Part shown: piece by piece, positions 1-10,087 of the stretch
How the letters are laid out: each line of letters begins with the position of its first letter
Position numbering within the stretch: position 1 is the first letter of the stretch
Assembly (NCBI GenBank): GCA_047602425.1
Contig: JASGHG010000001.1
Coordinates: 1,184,001 to 1,248,000, forward strand
Length of the DNA stretch: 64,000 nucleotides
Direction: 5' to 3'
Origin: Nibricoccus sp.
GTDB lineage: Bacteria; Verrucomicrobiota; Verrucomicrobiia; Opitutales; Opitutaceae
Program-made: the position numbers and the translations under genes
Notes under the pieces: generated by a model
What the model was told of the DNA's origin: nothing
Database searches by the model: none
What the model saw: only the letters and a program-made list of their open reading frames with translations

Positions 1-2041
1 AGACGTCGTAAAACATCTGGGTGGACGACGGTCCCCAGACGTAGGGAAGAACGGTTCCTTCCGGGAAATAGTTCGGTGCGTATTCAATACCGCCACCGGG
101 CGTGCTGCCGACATAATATTGTTCGTTAAGCCGGCTGTTATTGTTGGGAGCGAACCCATATTGTGGCGCGACATTCGATTGCGAGTTAACAGTCAGGAGA
201 TTGTTGGCATTATAATATTTCTGCTCCCATGCCTTGTCAGTGCCCAGCGCGACATGCCGATAGGTGTACTGCCAGTTCTGCTGATCCTTGTATTCGTAGT
301 AACCGACGACCTGATGGGTGCCGAGCCATTTGCTCCAACCCTCGTCTTTGGAAAAATCGATGCGATATGCGAATTGGACGCGACCGGTATCCCAAATTTT
401 CGGGAGATCTCTCAAGTAGGGTTCACTACTCCTTAGGTACGGTCGCCCGTAATAGGGATTAGGCGTGCCATCCAGGAAAACCCGGTTCACATCGACCTGA
501 AGCTGGCCGACGTTGCTGTTCACGCTCGCGGGCCCCATGGGCTGGTTTTCCAACCGCTTCGAATCTTCGCGCAGGAATGTGCCTTGGAAAGCCAATGTCT
601 GCGTGGGTGTGTTGAGGATAATCTGGTCGAGCTGGACCATGTAGATGTCGACGTCGTCCCAAGCCTTGCTGTTGCCCGCCAGATTGATCTTGGTCCAATC
701 GTAGATCGATTTGTCGGAAATCGGCCGAGCGATAGAGTTATAGAGCGGCTGTTGCGTGGATGTATAGGTGTCCGACGAGTTTAGCGCCAGGATGCCAATA
801 CCTGTGACCCCCGCCGCATACGGGTCTGTGACAGAATAATTATTTCCTGGAGGTGTCGTGGGATTCGATGTGTATCCCGCATTAAGCCAGTAGGAGGTCT
901 CGCCCGGGGCGCCGATTAGGAAGGGCGAACGCCCCTCTCTTCCCCAGCTAGGCAAGAACAACAACGTGTTGGTTGTAGGGGTACCTCCATACGGCGTTGT
1001 CGAGCCGAGTACGTTGCCGTTTCCATAAACCCGACCATCGTCGAAGGTGATAAGACGCGTAACGGGATTCCAACCCGGCTTTCCCGCTTTGAGCCAATCT
1101 GTATAGTGGTCACGCGGGGTCGTGTAATTGGGACGCACGGCGTTATGTTTGTAGCCAAAATAAGAAGCGGCCAGAGTGGTATTCTTAAAGGGTTGAGCCT
1201 TCACCTGAAAGCTGATGCGGCGCGCATTCTCTTCGGCGGGCTTGCGAACAAAGCCGATGTGTTCGTTTTTGTAGCTGGCACGTACGGACAACTTGTTCCT
1301 TACAAGCATGCGATTCACGTCGATCGAACCACTCCACCCCTCATAACTATCGGCCCGCATTTCAATTTTCGTGAAATTGCGGTTGAGGTTGGCGGTGGCA
1401 GGGACCTGATTCACGGTGCCCGAGGCATTGCCCAGACCGAAAATATTGGCGTTGGGTCCACGGCTTAATTCGAGTGCCTCCATCCAAAGGGGGTCGACGG
1501 GGACGCGGCCGGTCATGGCGATGTTGTTGAAGGCGATGTTCGCACTGCCGATACCACGGACGCGGTTGGCAGTGTTGGGATTGAGGCTGACGTTGTCGAC
1601 CACTGCACCCGTGCGGTCCGTGGTGAATTGGGAGTAAGTGTTGGTTCCTTCGGTGCTCGCCATGTAGTCGAAGACGTCGTTGATATCGCGCATCGCGAAG
1701 TCGTTCATCTGCTCCTTGGTCATCACGGTGATCGACTGCCCCAGATCCTCGATCTTCGAGTTCATGCGGGTGCCCGACATGGAATTGGCCGAGTAATAAC
1801 CTTTGTTACTCGTGATCACTTCGAAAGGGGAGAGAACAAGAACTTCCCCCTCAGGCGGAGGCTCTGATGCTGCAGGGACGGTTTCCACGGGAATTTTTTT
1901 CTCCGCAACTTCACTTTTCGGACGGATGGGTTCGGTGGCGGGCGTAACAGGCGCAACTTGCGCCCAAGCAGACGTGGCGAGCACGAATGCCGCCGGCGCC
2001 AGGGATAGGCGCCGGAATAGGTGTTTCTTGGTTAGGGTCAT
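1..2041 (-). CDS. TonB-dependent receptor, Opitutaceae type (C-terminal part runs off the window start; absent from the ORF track)
   Basis: Manual translation from ATG at 2041: signal peptide MTLTKKHLFRRLSLAPAAFVLATSAWAQ, then EVLVLSPFEV...GYYSANSMSGTRMNSKIEDLGQSITV...NRVRGIG...LELSRGPNANIFGLGNASGTVN (plug-domain signature). The same frame is still open at positions 2-130; the middle was not read codon by codon. Confidence 0.85.
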   Translation of the reverse strand, partial: MTLTKKHLFRRLSLAPAAFVLATSAWAQVAPVTPATEPIRPKSEVAEKKIPVETVPAASEPPPEGEVLVLSPFEVITSNKGYYSANSMSGTRMNSKIEDLGQSITVMTKEQMNDFAMRDINDVFDYMASTEGTNTYSQFTTDRTGAVVDNVSLNPNTANRVRGIGSANIAFNNIAMTGRVPVDPLWMEALELSRGPNANIFGLGNASGTVNQVPATANLNRNFTKIEMRADSYEGWSGSIDVNRMLVRNKLSVRASYKNEHIGFVRKPAEENARRISFQVKAQPFKNTTLAASYFGYKHNAVRPNYTTPRDHYTDWLKAGKPGWNPVTRLITFDDGRVYGNGNVLGSTTPYGGTPTTNTLLFLPSWGREGRSPFLIGAPGETSYWLNAGYTSNPTTPPGNNYSVTDPYAAGVTGIGILALNSSDTYTSTQQPLYNSIARPISDKSIYDWTKINLAGNSKAWDDVDIYMVQLDQIILNTPTQTLAFQGTFLREDSKRLENQPMGPASVNSNVGQLQVDVNRVFLDGTPNPYYGRPYLRSSEPYLRDLPKIWDTGRVQFAYRIDFSKDEGWSKWLGTHQVVGYYEYKDQQNWQYTYRHVALGTDKAWEQKYYNANNLLTVNSQSNVAPQYGFAPNNNSRLNEQYYVGSTPGGGIEYAPNYFPEGTVLPYVWGPSSTQMFYDV

Positions 2042-2425
2042 AGGGGGATGGGTCAAACGGTTGTTCAGTACAGGGTGAACGGATTTATTAATCTCAGGCG
2101 GAATCGCTAAATTCATCTGATGGCGTGTAACGCGCCTCAATCGGTGTCTGGTATTTTTGTTACGAAAAAACGATATATAACTAATCGATAATATTTATAT
2201 ATATTCGCTTATCGCATATTTCATTCATGGGGAAATCGACCGTGCGTACGCGCGATGTAGAGTTAGGGCTGGGGCCAAGCTGGAATCACTGGTGCGAGCG
2301 CCAATCAAATCTGCACGCAGACTCTCGCAATCAGACGCGTGCGCACGCTGTTGACCAAAGCAGCTCTTTCTTCGGTTTCATATAGCTGGGAACGAGTGGA
2401 ACGGAATACATCGGGGACGATTCTA

Positions 2426-3505
2426 CTAACGAGCTATAGAAAATCCGCGTGCCTGATCGCTCGTCATACCTTGCGCACGCACCGTTTCGCCTTTTCGCCA
2501 TTCACCCTCCAGCATCACTTCGTGAGCGTTGGCCGGAATTCCCTTTTCCCTCCGATGGATCAAACCCACCATCATCTCGGCTGCGACTGATCCCAACCTG
2601 CCCGGTGCACAGGATATTCCTGCCATTTTTATGTTGGTTGGACCAGGTTCGTCAGTCAGTGAAGCAACTCCCACGTGCTCGGGCACGGTGTACCCCATTT
2701 TGTTCAGCCATTCCACGACCACAGACCCATGCGTCGCCAAAATGGCATCGGGTTCGTGTTCCAAAAACCAACTTCTAAACTCGGCAAAATGGTCCCGCCC
2801 GGAGGCGTACGAAAGCGGTGGGATATTGGCGGGACGCGGCAAAAAAAGTTGATGATAGAGATAAGCGCCCAACCATCTATCACCCACCAATGGACTGTCG
2901 TTCTCCTCGGAAAAAACAAAACCGATGCGCCTGTAGCCCAGCGCCCTCATTTCCTGCAAAGCCTTCGATGCTCCTTCATAAAAATCCTCCGTCACCCGAT
3001 GAATCGCCGGCTCGCGCAGCGTCATACCCACGGTAACCACAGGGAAATGCTCCCAGAAAAGAGGCAGCGAAGATTGTCCGGGAGGCAGACGTCCGATGAC
3101 TATTCCACGCACTCCTCGGGTCCAAAGAATTTTCCAAAAACTGCGGGCCGTCATACCAGGCTCTCCGAGCCAGAAATGCTCAAGGTGATAACCCAGTTCC
3201 GCCAGACGTTCCGACGTGCCCGGAAAGTAGTCCGGCCTGTTGTGGTAAGGAGGTTTCCACCCATATCTTGTCGGATAGTTCGTTACGTAAGCAATGACGG
3301 CGTGCTGCGAACCTCCCCTCATGCGTTTGGCTTCTGTCAGCGCGGTCACCAAAGGATCGGTGTGATATCCCATTTCAGCCGCCAGCTTTCGCACACGCTC
3401 GCGTGTTCTTAACGAAATTCGCGGATGATTACGCAATGCGAGCGAAACCGTAGATCGGTTCACCTTCGCGCGATGAGCTATTCTTTCCAGCGTAATTTTT
3501 GGCAT
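2426..3505 (-). CDS. LacI-family transcriptional regulator
   Basis: N-terminal LacI HTH (ITLERIAHRAKVNRSTVSLALRNHPRIS...TRERV) followed by a periplasmic-binding-protein-like domain. Start moved to MPKITL at 3505. Confidence 0.85.
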   Translation of the reverse strand: MPKITLERIAHRAKVNRSTVSLALRNHPRISLRTRERVRKLAAEMGYHTDPLVTALTEAKRMRGGSQHAVIAYVTNYPTRYGWKPPYHNRPDYFPGTSERLAELGYHLEHFWLGEPGMTARSFWKILWTRGVRGIVIGRLPPGQSSLPLFWEHFPVVTVGMTLREPAIHRVTEDFYEGASKALQEMRALGYRRIGFVFSEENDSPLVGDRWLGAYLYHQLFLPRPANIPPLSYASGRDHFAEFRSWFLEHEPDAILATHGSVVVEWLNKMGYTVPEHVGVASLTDEPGPTNIKMAGISCAPGRLGSVAAEMMVGLIHRREKGIPANAHEVMLEGEWRKGETVRAQGMTSDQARGFSIAR

Positions 3506-3688
3506 GAGCAAAACGTCGCTCCGGCCGCTCAATCGCCTGGTGCAACAGCGGCAGGCGCGGGCGGCAGTGAAACCGAAGAAAGTTCGTGGGGGCGTTGCCC
3601 AAGAATGCCACCAAGTCACGAGGCTGTCATGTCACGAATTCTCGTAATAACTGGTCAGCCATGCCTCGTTCTCCCACAGTCATGGCGA

Positions 3689-6652
3689 ATGTTAAAAATC
3701 GCGCGCACCTCTTTCGCTTTCTTCGCATTTCACGTGTGCGCCATTCTGACCTCAAATGGAGCATTAACCACTAAACATGATTATGCGCTAAAATCGTGGC
3801 ACAAGGAGGACGGTTTACCCAGCGAAGTGGGATATGACGTTATACAAACGCGCGATGGCTATATTTGGTTAACAACCTTGGCAGGATTGGTCCGGTTCGA
3901 TGGTCGTGTGTTCAAGGTATTCACACCGCCCGATACAATCGCAACGACACCGCAAGCGCTGCTTTTGGTGGCGGAACGCGACAAGGACTTGTGGGTCGTT
4001 CCCCGCATAGGAAGTCCCATGAGCTTCCGCAATGGCAAATTCACGGTCGAGCCCATGCCGGCGGACTTTGCCAACGCCAAAACTCTCTCGGCTTTTCTCG
4101 CTCCGGACGGTGCCGAGTGGTTCGTTTTTTCGAATCAAGCAGTGGTGCGGCGCAAAGGAACCACGATCGAGTCGTATAACGAAAAAGACGGACTTAAACC
4201 CGATGGCCGCGTGCGGTTTGCGGTTGATGGGAACGCGAGGGTTTGGATTTCGAGCGATCGACTTCTGAGCCGTTACGAAAATGGCGCTCTCGTCCCCATC
4301 GAAGTCGGCGCCGGGGAAACGGAGCTCCGGGTGGCGTCCAGTCGCACCGCTGGCCCGTGGGTCATAACCAACGACAAGCTCCTAAAACTAAACGCAGGCA
4401 ATGTTTGGGAAACGATTGCCCAGTTGCCACCCCTGCTGGGAGCCCACTACGTTGTCAGCGCAAGCGAAGATTCATCCGGCGCGCTTTGGATCGGCACCCG
4501 GTCGCAGGGATTGTACCGGGTTACGTCAAACAGTGTGGAACATGTACCGACTTCCAACGATAGCGTGACGGCTTTGCATGAGGATTCTGATGGCACGATT
4601 TGGGCAACGACCAACTCCGGTGGCCTCAACGCGATTGTTCCTAAAATCTGTGTTCTCTATAATAAAGCGGATGGACTAATCGAAAATGCCAACGCGGCAG
4701 TTTGTTTGGACTCCAGCGGCGGAATTTGGAGCGCAAACGGTGACGGCGGCGTGGTCAAATTCAACGATCTAGGCGTTACTGTCGCGGCAAAACAACTGCC
4801 GTGGCCCCGCGTAGCAGTGAGCTCGGTGGCGGCGAATCCGCGGGGAGGAATTTGGTTCTGCGCTTCCAACAATATATTTAAGCTGGCCGCAGAGCTTTCT
4901 TCGCCACCTCAACAGGTATTATCCATCGAGCCAAATAAAAGCCGATGCTTGTTCACCGACAAAACCGGTAGCCTGTGGTTGTCGGTCGAGCCGACAAGTG
5001 TCGGCCGGTGGTCACCGGGCGGCGAATATATTGTTTACAACGAAAAACAAGGGTTCATCGGTGGAGAAGCGCGATGCTTTGCCGAGGACGCGCAAGATCG
5101 CCTCTGGATCGGCACCTCCCAAGGCAAATTGCTCAGTTGGAATGGGACCAAATTTATCGCCACTCCCCTTCCTGGTGTTGGAGCAACCGGGGACATCAAT
5201 GCGATCCTAGCGAGCCGCGGCGATGGACCGCTTTGGCTTGGCACAGCTCAGGCCGGCATTATATATCTCGATAAAGGAGTCGCCCGCGTATTGGATGTCC
5301 GCTGCGGTTTGCTCGATAACGATATAACGCAAATATTGGAAGACGATCATGGTTTTATATGGTGCGGTTCAGGCAGCGGTATATTTCGGCTTAGCCGGGA
5401 AGAAGTTCAAAAATATGTAGCCGGCCAAAGTTCTTCACTTAAACCCCTCATCCTTGGCCCGGACGAAGGTCTGCCCGCCCTGTCTTGCTCAGGCTATTTT
5501 CCCGGCGCAGTGAAATCGAATACCGGCGATATCTGGTTTGCCACGCGGCAGGGCGTTGTAGCCATTAATCCGGCGGCTCCGCTGCTCCGCTCCGGACCCC
5601 GCGAGGTGCGTATCGAGGAGCTCTTCTGTAACGAACAAGTCGTTCAAATGACATCGGCCAACCGAATCGCACCTGATTGTCGCAAGCTTCAGGTTCGTTT
5701 TTCCGTCCTTTGCCTTTCGGCGCCACGCCGTGTCCGCACAGAGTATCGGCTGGATGGATTCGATTTCGACTGGATCGATGCCGGCAGCAGTAACACGGTG
5801 ACATACCCAAAGCTTCGACCAGGCAAATATACGTTTCGTGTTCGAGCCGGAACGGGCGCGGACGCCGACAATTTTGCCACCGATACTCTAGAGCTCTGGG
5901 TATTGGCGCCATGGTGGCAAAAATCGTGGTTCGTCGCGACGGTGGTTGCCTTCATTCTGGTCAGCCTTCTTGCCGTCGTGCGTCTCTGGGCAAATCGGCG
6001 TTTGCGCCGCAAGCTCCGCGATCTCGAACGCGACCATGCCGTCGAGAGAGAGCGTGCTCGCATCGCACAAAATATGCACGACGACCTTGGCGCCAGTCTC
6101 ACGCACATCAGTCTGCTCACCCAAGCCGCAATATCGGAGTCCACGCCCGAGCGATTGACGCGTATATATGAAGCGACACGCGACATCACCAGTTCACTTG
6201 ATGAAATCGTGTGGGCTGTGAATCCGGAGAATGACACGTTGGACGCTTTTGCCGAATACCTCGCCAGCAATGCTCAACGGTTTATCGGCGCCGCAGGACT
6301 CCGCTGCTGCCTGATCTTCCCAGACCAGTTTCCCGCACAGTTGATTTCAAGCCACGTTCGTCACCATCTATTTCTCTGCTGTCGCGAAGCGCTCAACAAT
6401 GTCGTGAAGCATGCGCGAGCGAAAGCTGTCACGCTGGAGATCGAGCTTCTAGGAAGCCAGCTTCGGATTGCGGTGATTGACGATGGTCAAGGGTTCGTCA
6501 ATGGCACGGTGAGCGACAACCGTAGGTCCGGCGGCGGCAACGGACTGAGCAACATGCAACGGCGCTTGCGCGAACTGGGTGGCGAATGTGTCATAGCGCC
6601 GGCTCCTTCAGGTAACGGCACCTCCATCAGCTTTCATTTGAAAATTTCATGA
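3689..6652 (+). CDS. Sensor histidine kinase with beta-propeller (Reg_prop) and Y_Y_Y-like sensor domain, HisKA_3 type
   Basis: Repeated ED..G.LWIGT motifs, YRLDGFDFDW...TYPKLRPGKYTFRVRA, a TM helix, ERERARIAQNMHDDLG, REALNNVVKHA, DDGQG, GNGLSNM. Start reassigned to MLKIART at 3689. Confidence 0.85.
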   Translation: MLKIARTSFAFFAFHVCAILTSNGALTTKHDYALKSWHKEDGLPSEVGYDVIQTRDGYIWLTTLAGLVRFDGRVFKVFTPPDTIATTPQALLLVAERDKDLWVVPRIGSPMSFRNGKFTVEPMPADFANAKTLSAFLAPDGAEWFVFSNQAVVRRKGTTIESYNEKDGLKPDGRVRFAVDGNARVWISSDRLLSRYENGALVPIEVGAGETELRVASSRTAGPWVITNDKLLKLNAGNVWETIAQLPPLLGAHYVVSASEDSSGALWIGTRSQGLYRVTSNSVEHVPTSNDSVTALHEDSDGTIWATTNSGGLNAIVPKICVLYNKADGLIENANAAVCLDSSGGIWSANGDGGVVKFNDLGVTVAAKQLPWPRVAVSSVAANPRGGIWFCASNNIFKLAAELSSPPQQVLSIEPNKSRCLFTDKTGSLWLSVEPTSVGRWSPGGEYIVYNEKQGFIGGEARCFAEDAQDRLWIGTSQGKLLSWNGTKFIATPLPGVGATGDINAILASRGDGPLWLGTAQAGIIYLDKGVARVLDVRCGLLDNDITQILEDDHGFIWCGSGSGIFRLSREEVQKYVAGQSSSLKPLILGPDEGLPALSCSGYFPGAVKSNTGDIWFATRQGVVAINPAAPLLRSGPREVRIEELFCNEQVVQMTSANRIAPDCRKLQVRFSVLCLSAPRRVRTEYRLDGFDFDWIDAGSSNTVTYPKLRPGKYTFRVRAGTGADADNFATDTLELWVLAPWWQKSWFVATVVAFILVSLLAVVRLWANRRLRRKLRDLERDHAVERERARIAQNMHDDLGASLTHISLLTQAAISESTPERLTRIYEATRDITSSLDEIVWAVNPENDTLDAFAEYLASNAQRFIGAAGLRCCLIFPDQFPAQLISSHVRHHLFLCCREALNNVVKHARAKAVTLEIELLGSQLRIAVIDDGQGFVNGTVSDNRRSGGGNGLSNMQRRLRELGGECVIAPAPSGNGTSISFHLKIS

Positions 6653-7287
6653 CCAGCATTCCGCCCCTTCGCATTTCGATTGTCGACGACGACGATAAAA
6701 CTCGGCGCGCACTTATAGAGGTAATCAATACGATCCCAAAATTCCACGTCATAAGCAACTATGGAACCGCCAAGACCGCGCTGGAAAAACTACCGGAAGA
6801 AAAACCTGAGGTAGTCCTCATGGACATCAATATGCCCTGTATCAGTGGCGTCGATTGCGTGCGGATGCTTAAGCCGAAAATGCAAGCGACACAGTTCTTG
6901 ATGCTAACTGTATACGAGGACAACAACCATATCTTCGCCGCCCTCACCGCAGGAGCCACTGGATACCTATTAAAAAATACAAGCCGCGACGAACTCGTAC
7001 AGGCAATAGAACAGATCGCGAGCGGCGGATCTCCCATGAGCAGTGGCATTGCCCGTAAAGTTGTTCAGTCGTTCAATCGCTCGAATCCTTCGCCCAGCAC
7101 AACTGCTTTGTTTTCCCCACGCGAACAGGCGGTTTTGGCGATGCTGGCAAAAGGCTCAACCTATAAGGAAATTGCCTACGATTTGAACCTCAGCGTATCG
7201 ACCGTAGATTCTTATATCCGTCGGATATACGAAAAACTCCAAGTGCATTCTCGCTCGGCGGCTGTGGCGAAATATCTGGCGCCTTAA
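6649..7287 (+). CDS. NarL/FixJ-family response regulator
   Basis: Receiver domain (IVDDD, LMDINMP, GATGYLLK) plus LuxR HTH (SPREQAVL...YKEIAYDLNLS). ATGA overlap with the kinase. Confidence 0.92.
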   Translation: MTSIPPLRISIVDDDDKTRRALIEVINTIPKFHVISNYGTAKTALEKLPEEKPEVVLMDINMPCISGVDCVRMLKPKMQATQFLMLTVYEDNNHIFAALTAGATGYLLKNTSRDELVQAIEQIASGGSPMSSGIARKVVQSFNRSNPSPSTTALFSPREQAVLAMLAKGSTYKEIAYDLNLSVSTVDSYIRRIYEKLQVHSRSAAVAKYLAP

Positions 7288-7340
7288 CGCCCTGCCCAAT
7301 CGGCTTAAACACGAAGTTTGCGCAACGGCGGGCGCAAAAT

Positions 7341-7437
7341 CGAATTTGCAAATTCGGGAAACAAAAACGTAGTCCCGTCTATTCGCAGATGATATTATTT
7401 ATCATCCGGCTTTCTTGGTTTGCACTACCCCTACCCC
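7341..7437. promoter_or_regulatory. Candidate operator region upstream of the pectate lyase
   Basis: Perfect 16-bp palindrome CGAATTTGCAAATTCG (7341-7356), GATGATA-N5-TATCATC (7388-7406), and CCCCTACCCC (7428-7437). Confidence 0.4.
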
Positions 7438-7659
7438 TGAAAAATCTGAACGTCGCCTGACGTTTATCAAGTTACCTTCATCCATAAACAGCTTCGGGTT
7501 CGTCAACCAGCGAGACCCCGTCTGAGCACCGTACGTGCCTCAGCGCCGGGGCCAACTGCATCTCAATATCTTCTCAAGCTCTCGCCCACGAGCGCACGAA
7601 AACCCGGCGGAACGCGCTTTTTCCGCCGCTGCATAGCAAAACCCCAAAAACTAAACCCC

Positions 7660-8562
7660 ATGTACACAAAAATACTTCGCAATCTCGCGGCCATGGCTTC
7701 GGCCGCTTTTCTCATTGTCAGTAGTCATGCAGCAGATGGCTACGGCCGTAATACGACAGGCGGCGCCGGAGGAGCTTCGGTTACCGTTACGACCGCTGCA
7801 CAACTTCGCACTTACGCCGAATCAACCACCACCTACAACATCACGGTCTCTGGCACCATCGATGTGACCAGCGCCAGCGTAAAAGTTAAGTCCAACAAAA
7901 CCATCAAAGGAGCGAACACCTCCGCCACCATCAAAGGCTGCCTCGACCTTGGCAGCGGCGGCGTGAACAACGTGATCATTCAAAATCTTAACATCACCAA
8001 CCCCGGCGGCGATGGCGTCACCTGCTGGGGCGCAACCAACGTTTACTGCACAAAAGTTAATTTTTACGACTGCGGCGACGGCTGTTTCGACATTACGCAA
8101 GGCGCAAGCAAAGTCACGGTCTCGTGGTGCAAATTCTCCTACCCATCGCAAGCCGACCATCGTTTCTCGATGATCCTCGGCAATGTCGACGTCAGCCAGA
8201 ATTACGAAACCACGCTCCATCACAACTGGTTCGCCAGCCGCTGCGACCAGCGCATGCCCTCCGGCAGCTATAGCATGGCTCACATCTACAACAATTACTT
8301 CAATTGTTCCGGCAACAGCTATTGCACCAACACCCGTGTCGGTGGCAACTGGATCGTCGAAAATAATTATTACCAAAGTGTGAAGGATCCGCTCTACGAA
8401 GAAGGCGGCGGCAAGATCAAATCTTCCGGCAATACCTTCGCCAGTTGCACGGGCAAAATCAACGTCGCCACCGGCAGCGGCTTTACCCTGCCCTACGGTT
8501 ACACCCTCGATGCCACGGCCAACGTACCCAGTCGCGTCCAAGGCGGCGCTGGAAATAAGTGA
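7660..8562 (+). CDS. Secreted pectate lyase, polysaccharide lyase family 1
   Basis: Signal peptide, GYGRNTTGGAGG, VKSNKTIKG, NVIIQNL, DGCFDI, VTVSWCKF, TTLHHNWF, QRMP, HIYNNYF. Confidence 0.88.
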   Translation: MYTKILRNLAAMASAAFLIVSSHAADGYGRNTTGGAGGASVTVTTAAQLRTYAESTTTYNITVSGTIDVTSASVKVKSNKTIKGANTSATIKGCLDLGSGGVNNVIIQNLNITNPGGDGVTCWGATNVYCTKVNFYDCGDGCFDITQGASKVTVSWCKFSYPSQADHRFSMILGNVDVSQNYETTLHHNWFASRCDQRMPSGSYSMAHIYNNYFNCSGNSYCTNTRVGGNWIVENNYYQSVKDPLYEEGGGKIKSSGNTFASCTGKINVATGSGFTLPYGYTLDATANVPSRVQGGAGNK

Positions 8563-8698
8563 TCGAACACAACAACACAATATCCACCAAAGCAGCGTTC
8601 AGACGCTGCTTTGGCCGTCGCAAAATTCGCCTCTATTTTTATATAATCAACACCGTGAACCACACGGCATTAAAATACAAAAATACAATACCCCTACA

Positions 8699-9595
8699 AT
8701 GAAACGTCTCACTATGATCCTCGCGGTGGCCGCATTTGCGCCCGCCGCCTTTTCCGCCACACGCAGTGTTCCTTCGCAGTATTCCACCATCCAAGCCGCG
8801 GTTAATGCCGCCGCCAATAACGATACGATCAGCATCGCGAATGGCACTTATACCGAAGCGGTCACTATCCCTAGTACCAAAACAGGACTCAAACTCGTCG
8901 GTGCCAGCCAAAGCGGCGTCACCTTGCGGGTAACAACCGCCGCTCAAACGGCGCTTACCGTCAATGGCACCGACATCACCGTGAGCTATATGACGATTGC
9001 CAATACCGCGGGCGTCAGCGCCGGCCCCGCCCAAGCGGTACGCGTCAATAGCAAGCGTGTGGAATTTTATCACTGCTATATTAACGGCTATCAAGACACC
9101 TTCGCCATTTGGGACGGTGCAGTTGTCTATTGCAAACTCTCCGAAATTCGCGGGAGTGTGGATTTCATCTATAGCGGTGGAACCGCTTTTTTTGAGAGCT
9201 GCAATATCAAGCAAACGCGCAGCACGGGTGGCGTGAACACCGCACCGAGCACGCCTCAAACCGTGACGTACGGTTTTGTTTTCAGTTCCTGCACCATCAA
9301 CCGCGCCAGCGGTGTCGCCGATAACAGCTCCACGCTCATGCGCCCCTGGCGTCCTTACGGCCAGACAGCATATATCAATTGCTCGATGGACAGCCATATC
9401 ACCGCCGCCGGCTGGAGTCCGTGGGACGGTCGTGAGGCCACTTGCCGCGCAGCTGAATATGGCAGCAAGACCCTCTCCGGCGCCACCATCAGCCTGTCGT
9501 CCCGCTCCTCTTGGGTCGTGCGTCTGAGTTCCTCCCAAGCCGCGACATATTCCAGGAGCAACGTCCTTGGCGGTTGGACCCCGCCGCTGCTCTAG
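8699..9595 (+). CDS. Secreted pectin methylesterase (CE8)
   Basis: Signal peptide from MKRLTM, YSTIQAAVNAA, GTYTE, QAVRV, GYQDT, GSVDFIY, RPW, GW.PW, AEY. Confidence 0.88.
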   Translation: MKRLTMILAVAAFAPAAFSATRSVPSQYSTIQAAVNAAANNDTISIANGTYTEAVTIPSTKTGLKLVGASQSGVTLRVTTAAQTALTVNGTDITVSYMTIANTAGVSAGPAQAVRVNSKRVEFYHCYINGYQDTFAIWDGAVVYCKLSEIRGSVDFIYSGGTAFFESCNIKQTRSTGGVNTAPSTPQTVTYGFVFSSCTINRASGVADNSSTLMRPWRPYGQTAYINCSMDSHITAAGWSPWDGREATCRAAEYGSKTLSGATISLSSRSSWVVRLSSSQAATYSRSNVLGGWTPPLL

Positions 9596-9938
9596 CTGGC
9601 AATCGACAAAGAGTGCCGAAGATTCCCGATGCTGGAATCTTTTGAAATCAATAGCACGCATACCAAAGCGGACGTCTTACAAATTTGAGGCAATCCCTCA
9701 AATTTCGACGTCCCCGTATGCGTGCTTAATTTCCTTCTACACGAAGACGCAAAAAAAGTCATCCGGCTAAATTTAATGGCAAAATGCTGCCCTAGTCTTT
9801 GAAGGAGTTAAAAAACTCCATTCGAGGCGAGGCCCCGGTTACAGCCAGAGCCGCGACCGAAAATAGTTGGCCCCGCCTTCGAGTCGAGAGCGTCAGATTG
9901 CGACTGGGGAACGCGATATACCCTTCGAAAGGTCCCAG

Positions 9939-10014
9939 TGGAGCCGAGCATCGGATTTGAACCGACGACCCACGCTTTACGAAAGCGTTGCTCTACCAAC
10001 TGAGCTAGCTCGGC
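9939..10014 (-). tRNA. tRNA-Thr (anticodon CGT)
   Basis: Reverse complement GCCGAGCTAGCTCAGTTGGTAGAGCAACGCTTTCGTAAAGCGTGGGTCGTCGGTTCAAATCCGATGCTCGGCTCCA: 76 nt, cloverleaf, anticodon loop TTCGTAA, T-loop GTTCAAATC, encoded CCA. Confidence 0.95.
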
Positions 10015-10087
10015 GTACCACGGAACAGCGGAAGAAACTCGCCCTCCGCCCAAGGGCAAGCCTCAAATAGCGCCCTCATTTCCACCC

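Noticed and set aside
2100..2425. LacI operator in the AT-rich region upstream of the first TBDR
   Set aside because: No clear TG-AA-CG-TT-CA-type palindrome could be identified.
3425..3688. Long N-terminal extensions given by the ORF track (kinase, LacI, gatA, gatB, rpmI, lpxD, GH127, TBDR, PL9)
   Set aside because: They overlap neighbouring genes or terminators. Downstream starts give proper signal peptides or family N termini.
7441..7659. Riboswitch in the pectate lyase leader
   Set aside because: Several hairpins are possible (e.g. CGGCGGAA/TTCCGCCG), but I could not match a known riboswitch consensus by eye. An Rfam scan is needed.
9808..10070. Short ORFs overlapping the tRNA
   Set aside because: Explained by the tRNA-Thr gene, with no protein features.
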